Source: Candidatus Altimarinota bacterium (GTDB taxonomy: Bacteria > Patescibacteriota > Gracilibacteria > UBA1369). From it: a DNA stretch of 32,000 bases. Below are positions 1 through 8,167 of the stretch, in pieces. Made by a program: the position numbers and the translations under genes. Each line of letters begins with the position of its first letter. The first letter of the stretch is position 1. Under the pieces are notes generated by a model that was not told the DNA's origin, searched no databases, and saw only the letters and a list, made by a program, of their open reading frames with translations. Location of the stretch: assembly GCA_041659405.1 (NCBI GenBank), contig JBAZYK010000001.1, positions 90,001 through 122,000 on the forward strand, written 5' to 3'.

Positions 1-619
1 CTTTGCAAATGGCTTGCGTACGGCTTTACGTCAGGATCCGAACATTATAATGGTGGGTGAAATTCGTGATCGTGAAACAATTGAAATTGCGATTGAAGCG
101 TCTTTAACAGGTCATTTGGTTTTATCAACAATTCATACAAACAGCGCGGTGGAAACTTTAACACGTATTGATAACATGGGAGTTCCGCCATTTTTGATGG
201 CTTCAACAATTGAACTTATTATTGCGCAGCGCTTGGTTAGAAAACTGTGCGATGCCTGCAAACAGCCCGATACTCCGAGTGCCGAGATGGTGGACAATGT
301 AAATCATGCATTAAAAAGCTTGCAGCCGACCGATGAAATCGAACCGGAAAAACTAAAAACCATGTCTTTCTTTAAGGCGGTTGGTTGTGATGTTTGTGAG
401 CATATCGGTTATAAAGGACGTCTTGGTTTATATGAAATTTTAAGAATGAATAATGAAATTCGCAAACTGGTTTTGGCCAGAGCGAGTTCTATAGATATAG
501 AAAAAGCGGCAATGAAAAATGGCATGGTTACTCTGGAACAAGCCGGAATTATTAAGGCTCTTAAAGGAGAAACTGCGCTGGACGAAATTTACCGCGTGGC
601 GAAGAGGATGGAGGAATAA
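1..619 (+). CDS. pilB: Type IV pilus assembly / type II secretion ATPase PilB/GspE, C-terminal part (gene begins upstream of window)
   Basis: Frame is open to the left edge (...[14 protein letters not shown]). Contains GspE-family motifs [48 protein letters not shown], plus the [11 protein letters not shown] zinc-binding type region with a second CDVC pair. Confidence 0.95.
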   Translation, partial: FANGLRTALRQDPNIIMVGEIRDRETIEIAIEASLTGHLVLSTIHTNSAVETLTRIDNMGVPPFLMASTIELIIAQRLVRKLCDACKQPDTPSAEMVDNVNHALKSLQPTDEIEPEKLKTMSFFKAVGCDVCEHIGYKGRLGLYEILRMNNEIRKLVLARASSIDIEKAAMKNGMVTLEQAGIIKALKGETALDEIYRVAKRMEE

Positions 620-677
620 CTCGGGATGTGGGACTTAGGTTCAATTATAAATTATAAAATTTCTTAATTAAAACGAC

Positions 678-1955
678 GTGCCGGAAAAACAATCGAAAGG
701 ATTTGGACAATCAGAAAACAAACAACTCTTTACTTTAAAAGCTGAAGAGTCAAAAGAGCCTATGCTGGATAAGCAAATTCAGCTTAATATTGCCGATGCC
801 CGCGTAGGCAAAATTCTCCTGCGTCAAAAGTTGGGTTACAATCACCTGACGGGGAATCCGATAATTGACTTTTATGGCCGTATAAATGGTTATTTTGTCG
901 ATCACACTAAAATCAAAATCAAAGATAAGGCAACCGTTTTTCGTTTGCTTGCGGTGATGATTAATGCCGGACTTTCGATTATTAAATCATTGAAAACTCT
1001 GGCTTCGCAGAATGAAAAAATCCCAAGACTCAGCAAAACTTTGCTGCAAATGGCGGACGCGATTGAAGGTGGAAAAAGTCTTTCCGGTGCCATGGAACAA
1101 TATCCCGAGATTTTCAGTGAAGCCGAAATTGGTATGGTACATGCCGGTGAGGCTTCGGGCCAACTTAATAAAACTTTGCGTGACCTGGCGGAAGATGTGG
1201 AAAAATCGGCCAGTTTAATGGGCAAAATCAAGGGCGCCCTGGTTTATCCAATTGCGATTATGGGGCTTGTAGTTGTGGTTGTTTTTGTGATGATGATTGT
1301 GGTTGTGCCGCAACTCAGTAAACTTTTTTCGCAAACCGGTCATGATTTGCCTTTGCCAACCCAGGTTCTGATGGGCATCAGTAATTTTTCAGTAAATTTT
1401 TGGCCACTGATTTTGTTGATAGCTTCGATAAGTTTTGTGGCGATTACCGCCTGGAAAAAAACTAAATCCGGAAAATATTTTTGGGATTTGATGCTGTTGA
1501 AATTGCCGATTTTTGGCAATGTGATCCAAAAAGGTACGTTGGCAAAATTCGCCCGTTCTTTTGGAAACCTGCTTGGTAGCGGCGTTCCGATTATTAAATC
1601 TTTGGAAATTGTGGGAAATGCAATTGGCAATGAAGTTTATAAAGAAAGACTTTTTTTAACCGCGGAAGATATGAAACGCGGTATTCCGATGGCCGAGAAT
1701 ATGGCTGAAAGCAAGCTTTTTCCGTCCATGCTTGTAAACATGATTGAAATCGGCGAACAAACCGCGCAGCTTGAAAACGTGACCAAAAAAGTTGCGGAAT
1801 TTTATGATGAAGAGGTTGATAACGTGGTTAACGCGCTGACTAAAGTGATGGAGCCGATGATTATGGTGATCGTTGGTGTGGTTGTTGGAGGAATCGTTGC
1901 GGCCATCATGCTGCCAATTATTCAACTTACAAATATCACTGGTGGATTTTCGTAA
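678..1955 (+). CDS. pilC: Type IV pilus inner-membrane platform protein PilC/GspF
   Basis: 425 aa; GTG start. Contains FRLLAVMINAGLSIIKSLKTLA, LSGAMEQYPEIFSEAEIGMVHAGEASGQL, GSGVPIIKSLEIVGNAIGN and MIEIGEQTAQLENVTKKVAEFYDEEVDNVV, with three hydrophobic segments. Lies directly downstream of pilB. Confidence 0.93.
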   Translation: MPEKQSKGFGQSENKQLFTLKAEESKEPMLDKQIQLNIADARVGKILLRQKLGYNHLTGNPIIDFYGRINGYFVDHTKIKIKDKATVFRLLAVMINAGLSIIKSLKTLASQNEKIPRLSKTLLQMADAIEGGKSLSGAMEQYPEIFSEAEIGMVHAGEASGQLNKTLRDLAEDVEKSASLMGKIKGALVYPIAIMGLVVVVVFVMMIVVVPQLSKLFSQTGHDLPLPTQVLMGISNFSVNFWPLILLIASISFVAITAWKKTKSGKYFWDLMLLKLPIFGNVIQKGTLAKFARSFGNLLGSGVPIIKSLEIVGNAIGNEVYKERLFLTAEDMKRGIPMAENMAESKLFPSMLVNMIEIGEQTAQLENVTKKVAEFYDEEVDNVVNALTKVMEPMIMVIVGVVVGGIVAAIMLPIIQLTNITGGFS

Positions 1956-1981
1956 AATTATAAAAATCTAAACTAACCAAT

Positions 1982-3625
1982 ATGAACATCAAAAAATACA
2001 TTAAAGATCATAAAACAATGACGATGACAGTTGTTGGAATTTTGGCTACTGTGGCCACTGTTTCGGCAGTGTATTTTTCCAATGGTGGATTGTTTTCGGG
2101 AAAATTGATTGGATTGATTAACCCGGTTTCTATACCAAAAATACTACCGCCCATTACCGACTTTGGCGTAACCAATACCTATTTATCCGCCACTACTCTG
2201 GATTTGGCAGCGGCAAATCATAGTATTACTTTCACTTATGGTTTCAAGGCTACTAAAGCTCCCGATCTTTTCATTTATGTTCTGCCGAATGGGAGTAACA
2301 ATGATGTCAGTAAAGCTTTAAAAAAATGGGACTGGGCGGCTCTCAATCCGGTTGACGGCTATAATTCTGTTTCCTGGGATGGAATCGATACAAATACAAA
2401 TAAACCTGCCGCGGTTGGAACTTATTATTTTTATACTTATTACCTTCCATTTATTTTTGATAAAAATCCAAATACGGCTCTAACGTTACAATCAACGCCT
2501 TTTCAGGTAATAAATACACCCAAACTTATAATTCCGCCGATTCCGGATGTTCCACCACAGCAACCTGTTAAAATTCCGTTTAACGATACAACCATAGCCA
2601 ATATCACATCCACACCGGCCCAAATCGTTTTGGGGAAGGATGCCTTACAAGTTACCGTGAATACATCATTTATGAATGCCAACTATGCTGTAAGGCTGCA
2701 ATTTGATGTTGATCCGAGTGGGTCTTCTATTCAAAATCCCAATCAAACTATTCAGTGGAATGGTACAAATACTTATGTTTTTAATTTTGATGCTAATGCC
2801 CTGTCCGCTATGAGTGCCGGTACCCATAATTATCAGGTAGATTTGTATGATAGTAACGTTGGGACAAATGATTGGCGGATGGGCACTTTTACAGCTGTTC
2901 TCCCACAGGTTCTGCAACCTGTGAAAATTCCGGTTCCGGTTGTTCCGGTTGTTCCGGTTGTTCCGGTTGTTCCGGTCGTTCCAGCGGTTCCGGTGGTTCC
3001 CGTCGTTCCCGTCGTTCCACCTGCTCCGGTGGTTCCTCCTGCGGCTCAAACCCCCGGTTGTGCCGGATACTATGACATTCTTTTGAATTCCACTACCTGC
3101 CAACAATATGGGCCAGCTTTGGAATATGCAAAGACAAAAAAAATTATGACCGGTAATCCGGATGGCACATTTGGGCCTTATGATTACCTGCAACGTGACC
3201 AGATTTTGAAAGTGCTTAAGCTGGGCGATGCAAACGTCCCTGCCAACTTATGCAATAATGTAACACCATTTCCGGATGTTCCAAGTGTGCTTTGGTCTTG
3301 TAATTTAATCGCTGAAGCAAAACAAAACTTGATTATAACCGGTTATTTGGCTACGGGACTTTATATGCCTTCTAATCCGGTTAATCGCGCAGAATTTGCA
3401 ACGATGATGACCAGAATGTTGAAATCTAAATTTAATATTTCTGTTCCTTTGGATTCAGCAAAAAATTATAAAGATGTTCCACCAACCGGTTGGTACACCA
3501 ATTACGCAGCTTTCTTTTTTATGAATGGTTTGTTTCCGGGTGACTACATGAATCCACCCAAGCCAATGACCAGAGTTGAAGTAGCTCAAATTGTTTATAT
3601 GCTGCACGTTCTTGGAAAATTTTAG
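1982..3625 (+). CDS. S-layer homology (SLH) domain surface protein with N-terminal membrane segment, FlgD/Ig-like region and Pro/Val linker
   Basis: 547 aa. N-term MNIKKYIKDHKTMTMTVVGILATVATVSAVYFSNGGLFSGKLIG; FTYGFKATKAPDLFIYV...WDGIDTNTNKPAAVGTYYF; linker VVPVVPVVPVVPAVP; C-terminal SLH-like repeats (AKTKKIMTGNPDGTFGPYDYLQRDQILKV, VNRAEFATMMTRML, MTRVEVAQIVYML). Begins 26 nt after the pilC stop. Confidence 0.85.
   Translation: MNIKKYIKDHKTMTMTVVGILATVATVSAVYFSNGGLFSGKLIGLINPVSIPKILPPITDFGVTNTYLSATTLDLAAANHSITFTYGFKATKAPDLFIYVLPNGSNNDVSKALKKWDWAALNPVDGYNSVSWDGIDTNTNKPAAVGTYYFYTYYLPFIFDKNPNTALTLQSTPFQVINTPKLIIPPIPDVPPQQPVKIPFNDTTIANITSTPAQIVLGKDALQVTVNTSFMNANYAVRLQFDVDPSGSSIQNPNQTIQWNGTNTYVFNFDANALSAMSAGTHNYQVDLYDSNVGTNDWRMGTFTAVLPQVLQPVKIPVPVVPVVPVVPVVPVVPAVPVVPVVPVVPPAPVVPPAAQTPGCAGYYDILLNSTTCQQYGPALEYAKTKKIMTGNPDGTFGPYDYLQRDQILKVLKLGDANVPANLCNNVTPFPDVPSVLWSCNLIAEAKQNLIITGYLATGLYMPSNPVNRAEFATMMTRMLKSKFNISVPLDSAKNYKDVPPTGWYTNYAAFFFMNGLFPGDYMNPPKPMTRVEVAQIVYMLHVLGKF
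3059..3625 (+). other. SLH domain block of the first surface protein
   Basis: CAGYYDILLNSTTCQQYGPALEYAKTKKIMTGNPDGTFGPYDYLQRDQ... three SLH-like motifs. Confidence 0.8.
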
Positions 3626-3656
3626 TGGTGATTTTGGGAATTTTCAGAAGCTGAAT

Positions 3657-3685
3657 TTGCGCAATGTCCATTTTTGTGTTATGAT
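3657..3685 (+). promoter_or_regulatory. Candidate sigma70-type promoter for the 3718 SLH gene
   Basis: TTGCGC - 17 nt - TATGAT. The same layout (TTGCAA - 17 nt - TATCAT) precedes the third SLH paralog. Confidence 0.55.
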
Positions 3686-3717
3686 ACTATGAAAATAAAA
3701 ATTTAATCAAAACAAAT

Positions 3718-6700
3718 ATGGACATCAAAAAATACATTCAGGCTCATAGAACAATGACGATGGTCGTCGGTGGCATTTTGGCTACCGTGGTTACCGCAAG
3801 TGCGGTTTATTTTTCCAGTGGTGGATTGTTCTCGGGAAATTTGAGCGGTCTTAATATTAATGCACGACCGCAAGTTAACTTTGCGCCTGGCGTAAGTGAG
3901 CCATCTCTATCTTCCCCTACTCTTGATTTGGAAAACCCAAAAATTACTTTTACTTATGGTTTTAAAAAGGATGTAACTCCTACTGTTGATATTAGTGTTA
4001 TAGATAAAAATAGTGGTGCTGTATTAATGACCTGGGGGCTGACTCCTCCAAATGATAATAGTTATAATTCAATCTCTTGGGATGGAAAAGTTGGAAAGGC
4101 TGCGATACCTGGAAATTCGTATTTTTTCAGAACTTCTTACTCACTGGCGGGCAAGATGCAAATTGTTGAATCAAACCCTTTTCAGGCCGTGGCCCCACTT
4201 AATGTTAAACCGGTTGTGCAAATACCTTTAAGCGCTACTTGTACACCTTCAGCTATAACTGGAGTTGTAGGAGATACAATCACCTACACGGCAACTATTA
4301 AAGGTGGAGTTCCTCCATATAAAACTCGATGGAGTGAAAGTAAAGCAGATTTTCTAAAAAACGGCAGTTTGGCAGACAATGCCGGTACAAATGCATATAA
4401 AATTACGTATTCAAACGTTGGAGAGAAAACAACAATGGTTACTCAAGTTATTGATAATGAGAACAACACAATTAACGATATCACTTGTACTCCCGCTGTA
4501 ACTATTAACCTGGCACCTGCTAATGCGCAAGCAGGGCAACCAAATGCTCAAAATGCAAATCTTGCACTTCAAAATAACCCTCTAGCTAACAACGCTCAAG
4601 CAGGACAACCTGATGCTGTTCCGCCAGTGCAACTTAAGGATGTATGTAGTGCCTCTCCTCTAAACGGAAATGTGGGAGATACAATTACCTATACTGCAAA
4701 TATTTCCGGTGGAACTCCTCCATACACGACGCAATGGAGTAATTCAGATACCCCTAAAGTTACTTTCTGGGGCAATACTTATAAAATTGAATATAAAATT
4801 GCGGGGCCTAAAACAGTAACTTTAACAATTACTGATAAGGCCGGAGCCACGCTATCTGATCCTAAATGTCCTGGTGTGACCATTAACGAAAATCAGGCGG
4901 TGAATCAAATTGCTCCTAGTCCTATACAAAAAATTGGAGTCCCAACCAAAATCGTAGTGCAATGTGCTGCGACACCAAGTCCGGCCAATGTGGGCGATAC
5001 CGTAACATGGAAAGTTACCGGTAATGTGCCTGCGGGATCCGGATATTTATGGGATGGCAATATTATGCCCCCAATAAATCAACCAACCGCTACGGCTGTT
5101 TATCAAAATACTTCACCTAAAAATGTTTCGGTTAAAATCACCGCTCCTAATAAAGGATATCAGGATTCGGATGTGACTAACTGCACAACATTGACTGTTA
5201 ATGATTCTGGAAAACCGGCGTTGAGTAATTTTACACTTTCCGCCAGTTCTTATACTCTTGGTGATCCGAACAAATATATTACATTTGGAGGAACTTTAAG
5301 CGGTGCTGGTGCTCCCAACGCTTCCAATACAAACCTGGTGTTTTCAATCCTGGATTCAAATAATATTAAAGTGCTGAATTGGACATCAATAAATCAGTCA
5401 AATGGCCCGGTAAATGGTTTATGGAATGGCTTACACCTGGATAATAGTCCCGTTACCCCGGGTCAATATTTCTTTACGGCCCAGGCTGTTAAAGGAATTC
5501 TTTCTTCACCAATTATAAAATCCGATCCGTTTATGGTTAATCCGGCTGCTCCAGCTGCTCAAAAAATTGATCTTGGTAAAGTAGGGCTTGTTCAAAATGG
5601 CCAACCAGCTGCTTCAAAAGATTTTCTTGTAAGCTGTTCTACCAATGCTTCGTCTTCAACAAAAGTTGGTGATTCAGTAACTTGGACAGTTAAACCTTCG
5701 TTCGGATTACTTCCATCCGGTATGACTTATAAATGGGGTGGAGGATATGGCAATGCAACTAGTGCATCGTTATCTCAGGGACCTTCACTTGTTACTTCAT
5801 ATTCAACCGCTGGAGCCGTTGCACCTGTTACTGTAGCTTTGACAGCTTCCGGTTATAATCCAAGAACTTTCACATGTACTCCGACAATTACTATTGCCGC
5901 CGCACAACCATCTGCACAAAAAGTTGTTGGACTGCCCGGTAAATTGGGTTCAGGTTCAGGCTCTGATTTGGGTTCTGGTTCAGGTTCAGGCTCTGATTTG
6001 GGCTCCGGCTCGGGTTCTGGCTCTGATTTGGGATCTGTTTCTGGGTCTGGTTCTGGCTGCGTAGGCACCACTTGCTCAACTACCGGTAACACAATTATTC
6101 CTAAAGAAGAACCGGTCGCTATCGTAGACCAACCGGTGGATAATTCAGATAATACTCCGGTCGAAGATAACACTCCTGCGTCTGATATTATTGAAACTCC
6201 CGTGGATAATACTCCTGCGTCTGATCTTCCTGAAAATCCCCCAATCGATAATCCACAACCACCGGCTCCAGCTTCAGCACAAATCCCCGGCTGTGCTGGT
6301 TATTATGATGATGAACTGACTTTGGGTTCTGCCCTATGCAAACTATATGATGCTGCTTTGGAATATGCAAAGACTTACAACTTTATGACCGGTAATGCAG
6401 ATGGCAACTTCGGGCCTCATGATAACTTACAACGTGATCAAATTGCGAAAATAGCGCTTGAGATTGGAAATAAATTCGTTGTTGGCACCGATTATTGTAA
6501 TGGCGTTCCTTCATTTCCGGATGTTCCACTTTCCGCCTGGTCATCACAATATCTCTGCTATGCAAAACAATTTGGCATTGTAACCGGTTATGGCGATGGG
6601 CTTTATAGGCCAAGTAATCCGGTTACCAACTCGGAATTTGTGGCCATAATGTCTCGAATGCTGAAGGTAAATTATGGGATACTCATCCCTTTGGATGCAT

Positions 6701-6870
6701 CAAAAAACTATCTGGATGTTTCAACGAGTGACTGGTACGCACGTTACTCAGCTTTCTTCTTTAAATGGGGTTTGATTGTAGGTGATTACCTGTATCCGGA
6801 AAAGCCAACAATAAGAATCGACGTCGTTCAAGTTATTTATATGATGCACATTCTTTTTGGAAAGTTTTAG
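3718..6870 (+). CDS. SLH domain surface protein, second paralog, with PKD-like/Ig-like repeats and Gly-Ser-Asp linker
   Basis: 1050 aa. N-term MDIKKYIQAHRTMTMVVGGILATVVTASAVYFSSGGLFSGNLSG closely matches the 1982 gene; repeated C[S/T]..P....VGD(S/T)(V/I)T(W/Y) modules; SLH block CAGYYDDELTLGSALCKLYDAALEYAKTYNFMTGNADGNFGPHDNLQRDQIAKIAL. Confidence 0.85.
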   Translation: MDIKKYIQAHRTMTMVVGGILATVVTASAVYFSSGGLFSGNLSGLNINARPQVNFAPGVSEPSLSSPTLDLENPKITFTYGFKKDVTPTVDISVIDKNSGAVLMTWGLTPPNDNSYNSISWDGKVGKAAIPGNSYFFRTSYSLAGKMQIVESNPFQAVAPLNVKPVVQIPLSATCTPSAITGVVGDTITYTATIKGGVPPYKTRWSESKADFLKNGSLADNAGTNAYKITYSNVGEKTTMVTQVIDNENNTINDITCTPAVTINLAPANAQAGQPNAQNANLALQNNPLANNAQAGQPDAVPPVQLKDVCSASPLNGNVGDTITYTANISGGTPPYTTQWSNSDTPKVTFWGNTYKIEYKIAGPKTVTLTITDKAGATLSDPKCPGVTINENQAVNQIAPSPIQKIGVPTKIVVQCAATPSPANVGDTVTWKVTGNVPAGSGYLWDGNIMPPINQPTATAVYQNTSPKNVSVKITAPNKGYQDSDVTNCTTLTVNDSGKPALSNFTLSASSYTLGDPNKYITFGGTLSGAGAPNASNTNLVFSILDSNNIKVLNWTSINQSNGPVNGLWNGLHLDNSPVTPGQYFFTAQAVKGILSSPIIKSDPFMVNPAAPAAQKIDLGKVGLVQNGQPAASKDFLVSCSTNASSSTKVGDSVTWTVKPSFGLLPSGMTYKWGGGYGNATSASLSQGPSLVTSYSTAGAVAPVTVALTASGYNPRTFTCTPTITIAAAQPSAQKVVGLPGKLGSGSGSDLGSGSGSGSDLGSGSGSGSDLGSVSGSGSGCVGTTCSTTGNTIIPKEEPVAIVDQPVDNSDNTPVEDNTPASDIIETPVDNTPASDLPENPPIDNPQPPAPASAQIPGCAGYYDDELTLGSALCKLYDAALEYAKTYNFMTGNADGNFGPHDNLQRDQIAKIALEIGNKFVVGTDYCNGVPSFPDVPLSAWSSQYLCYAKQFGIVTGYGDGLYRPSNPVTNSEFVAIMSRMLKVNYGILIPLDASKNYLDVSTSDWYARYSAFFFKWGLIVGDYLYPEKPTIRIDVVQVIYMMHILFGKF
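5945..6060 (+). repeat. 30-bp tandem repeat encoding (GSGSGSGSDL)n linker
   Basis: Consecutive 30-nt units ending in ctctgatttg (5941-5970 partial, 5971-6000, 6001-6030), then a degenerate unit to 6060. Confidence 0.85.
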
Positions 6871-6899
6871 GGATGAGTTTTAGGATAATGCGATGTTCA

Positions 6900-6951
6900 A
6901 TGTTGGCCGGCTGCTTGCGGTCAGGAAATCCGCACATCTTGTGACAGGTTT
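6900..6951 (+). repeat. Direct repeat, left copy, flanking the AbrB-PIN pair
   Basis: atgttggccggctgcttgcggtcaggaaatccgcacatcttgtgacaggttt; aligns without gaps to 7930-7981 (9 mismatches in 52 by eye). Confidence 0.75.
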
Positions 6952-7120
6952 CTATCAGCTAATGTTTAATCTGTTTCATGAAAAGTCCCCCGGGGGACTT
7001 TTTTTGAAATTGGCGATTCTTCTCTTCCTGAAGCCAGAATTTTCGGATTACCGGAATCTATTTGGGATTGTTTTTCCATCCTGGCAAGATTTTTTTGGTT
7101 TTCAGATTGTGAGCGGGCCT
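6950..7120 (-). repeat. Diverged, reverse-oriented copy of the intergenic repeat (R2) that precedes the PIN cassettes
   Basis: aaaagtcccccgggggacttttttt + gaaattggcgattcttctcttcctgaagccagaattttcggattaccgga is the reverse complement of the R2 core tccggtaatccgtaaattttggcttcaggaagagaagaatcgccaattttaaaaaagtcccccggggga. Confidence 0.8.
6981..7005. terminator. Possible bidirectional terminator-like palindrome
   Basis: AAAAGTCCC-CCGG-GGGACTTTTTTT: A/T-flanked GC stem downstream of the 3718 SLH gene. Loop may need to be the central CCGG. Confidence 0.5.
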
Positions 7121-7183
7121 TGATTTTTCATTAGTAATTATTCATACTGAAAGTAGAAAAGTTGGAATTTTAAACTTTTGTTT

Positions 7184-7459
7184 ATGAAGAAAATTAGAAT
7201 CGTTCGCACTCAATCCAAAGGCATGGTAACTATTCCGGCGGAATTCCGCCAAAAATTGGGCATAAATGAAAACAGTCTACTGGAAGCGAAAATTGTAAAA
7301 AAAGGAATCTTGTTTTTAAAAATTAATTATAATTCATTGAAAATAGAAAAAAAACAGCCTGGCGAAATTTATTCAGAAAAACAGATTCAAGAGTGGCTTT
7401 TGCGTGACAAATTAGATGCTCGCACCCAAGCCAAAGTAAAAAAACTCTTAAATAAATAA
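7184..7459 (+). CDS. AbrB/MazE/SpoVT-type swapped-hairpin antitoxin-like DNA-binding protein
   Basis: MKKIRIVRTQSKGMVTIPAEFRQKLGINENSLLEAKIVKKGILFLK is the classic SKGQVTIPxxxRxxLG-like pattern. ATG at 7184 preferred over TTG at 7178. Lies 6 nt upstream of a PIN gene. Confidence 0.85.
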   Translation: MKKIRIVRTQSKGMVTIPAEFRQKLGINENSLLEAKIVKKGILFLKINYNSLKIEKKQPGEIYSEKQIQEWLLRDKLDARTQAKVKKLLNK

Positions 7460-7465
7460 TCCGCC

Positions 7466-7900
7466 ATGATAAAGCTTTTCCTTGATGCAAATATTCTTTT
7501 TGCAGCCACTGCATCTATCAGTGGTGGTTCAAGAGCGCTTTTTGACTTAGCTCAAAAAAAATTGATATCCCTTGTTTCGAGTGAGTATGCTTTACATGAA
7601 GCAAAAATTAATATCGAAAAGAAGCTTGGGCACGAAAAACTCGTTGATTTCTATAAACTTGTGAGCTGGCTTACTGATGTTTATAAAAAGCCACTTACAA
7701 AAAGTGAACTGAGCGCTTTTCAAGAAATTATTGTTGCCAAAGATATTCCAATTTTAGCTGGAGCAAAAAAACTGGAGGTTGATTTCCTTATCACACTCGA
7801 TAAAAAAGACTTTCAAAATATGAAAATGAAAGCGACAAAATTTCCATTTCAAATTCTTTCTCCCGGCGATTTTTTGAGAGCATTTCCGTATAACACGTAG
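7466..7900 (+). CDS. PIN-domain (VapC-like) putative toxin nuclease
   Basis: 144 aa. MIKLFLDANILFAA (first acidic residue), HEAKINIE, DFLITLDKKDF acidic positions typical of the PIN fold. Paired with the AbrB-like gene. Confidence 0.8.
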   Translation: MIKLFLDANILFAATASISGGSRALFDLAQKKLISLVSSEYALHEAKINIEKKLGHEKLVDFYKLVSWLTDVYKKPLTKSELSAFQEIIVAKDIPILAGAKKLEVDFLITLDKKDFQNMKMKATKFPFQILSPGDFLRAFPYNT

Positions 7901-7929
7901 CGCCGGCTGATTATTCCGCCATTATGTCG

Positions 7930-7981
7930 ATGTCGGCCGGTTGCTTGCGGTCCATGTATTCGCACATCTCGTGACAGGTTT
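7930..7981 (+). repeat. Direct repeat, right copy, flanking the AbrB-PIN pair
   Basis: atgtcggccggttgcttgcggtccatgtattcgcacatctcgtgacaggttt; see 6900-6951. Confidence 0.75.
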
Positions 7982-8091
7982 CGACCCTGGCAAGATTTTT
8001 TTTCGGATCATGCGCTTTTTTATTTTGGCTTACAGATGCGAACTTTCAACTATTTTCGCCGTCCCGGGACGGAATTTTCACAGAATGTTCT

Positions 8092-8120
8092 TTGCAATGA
8101 GTGATACTTTGTGGTATCAT
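8092..8120 (+). promoter_or_regulatory. Candidate sigma70-type promoter for the 8168 SLH gene
   Basis: TTGCAA - 17 nt - TATCAT; leader resembles that of the 3718 gene (both run ..ATAGTATGAAAA / ..ATACTATGAAAA.. into ..AAAACAAATATGGACATCAA). Confidence 0.55.
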
Positions 8121-8167
8121 AGTATGAAAAACAAAAATTTATTTAAAAATATTTAACCAAAACAAAT

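Noticed and set aside
2666-3193. 175-aa minus-strand ORF rich in RNNRNNRNR
   Set aside because: Antisense read-through of the (gttccggtt)n Pro-Val repeat in the SLH gene.
5945-6060. Possible CRISPR-like or regulatory repeat array
   Set aside because: Contiguous, in-frame 30-nt coding repeats with no spacers. No CRISPR array or cas gene is seen anywhere in the window.
8059-8072. Palindrome CCGTCCCGGGACGG as a terminator for the AbrB-PIN pair
   Set aside because: Symmetry is perfect, but it lies about 160 nt past the stop and is followed only by a short AATTTT. Too weak to call a terminator.
6893-8156. ORFs 6893-7123 and 7941-8156 sharing 'AHLVTGF'
   Set aside because: These are intergenic direct-repeat sequence read in the plus frame, with no recognizable domain. 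The second overlaps the putative promoter of the next SLH gene.
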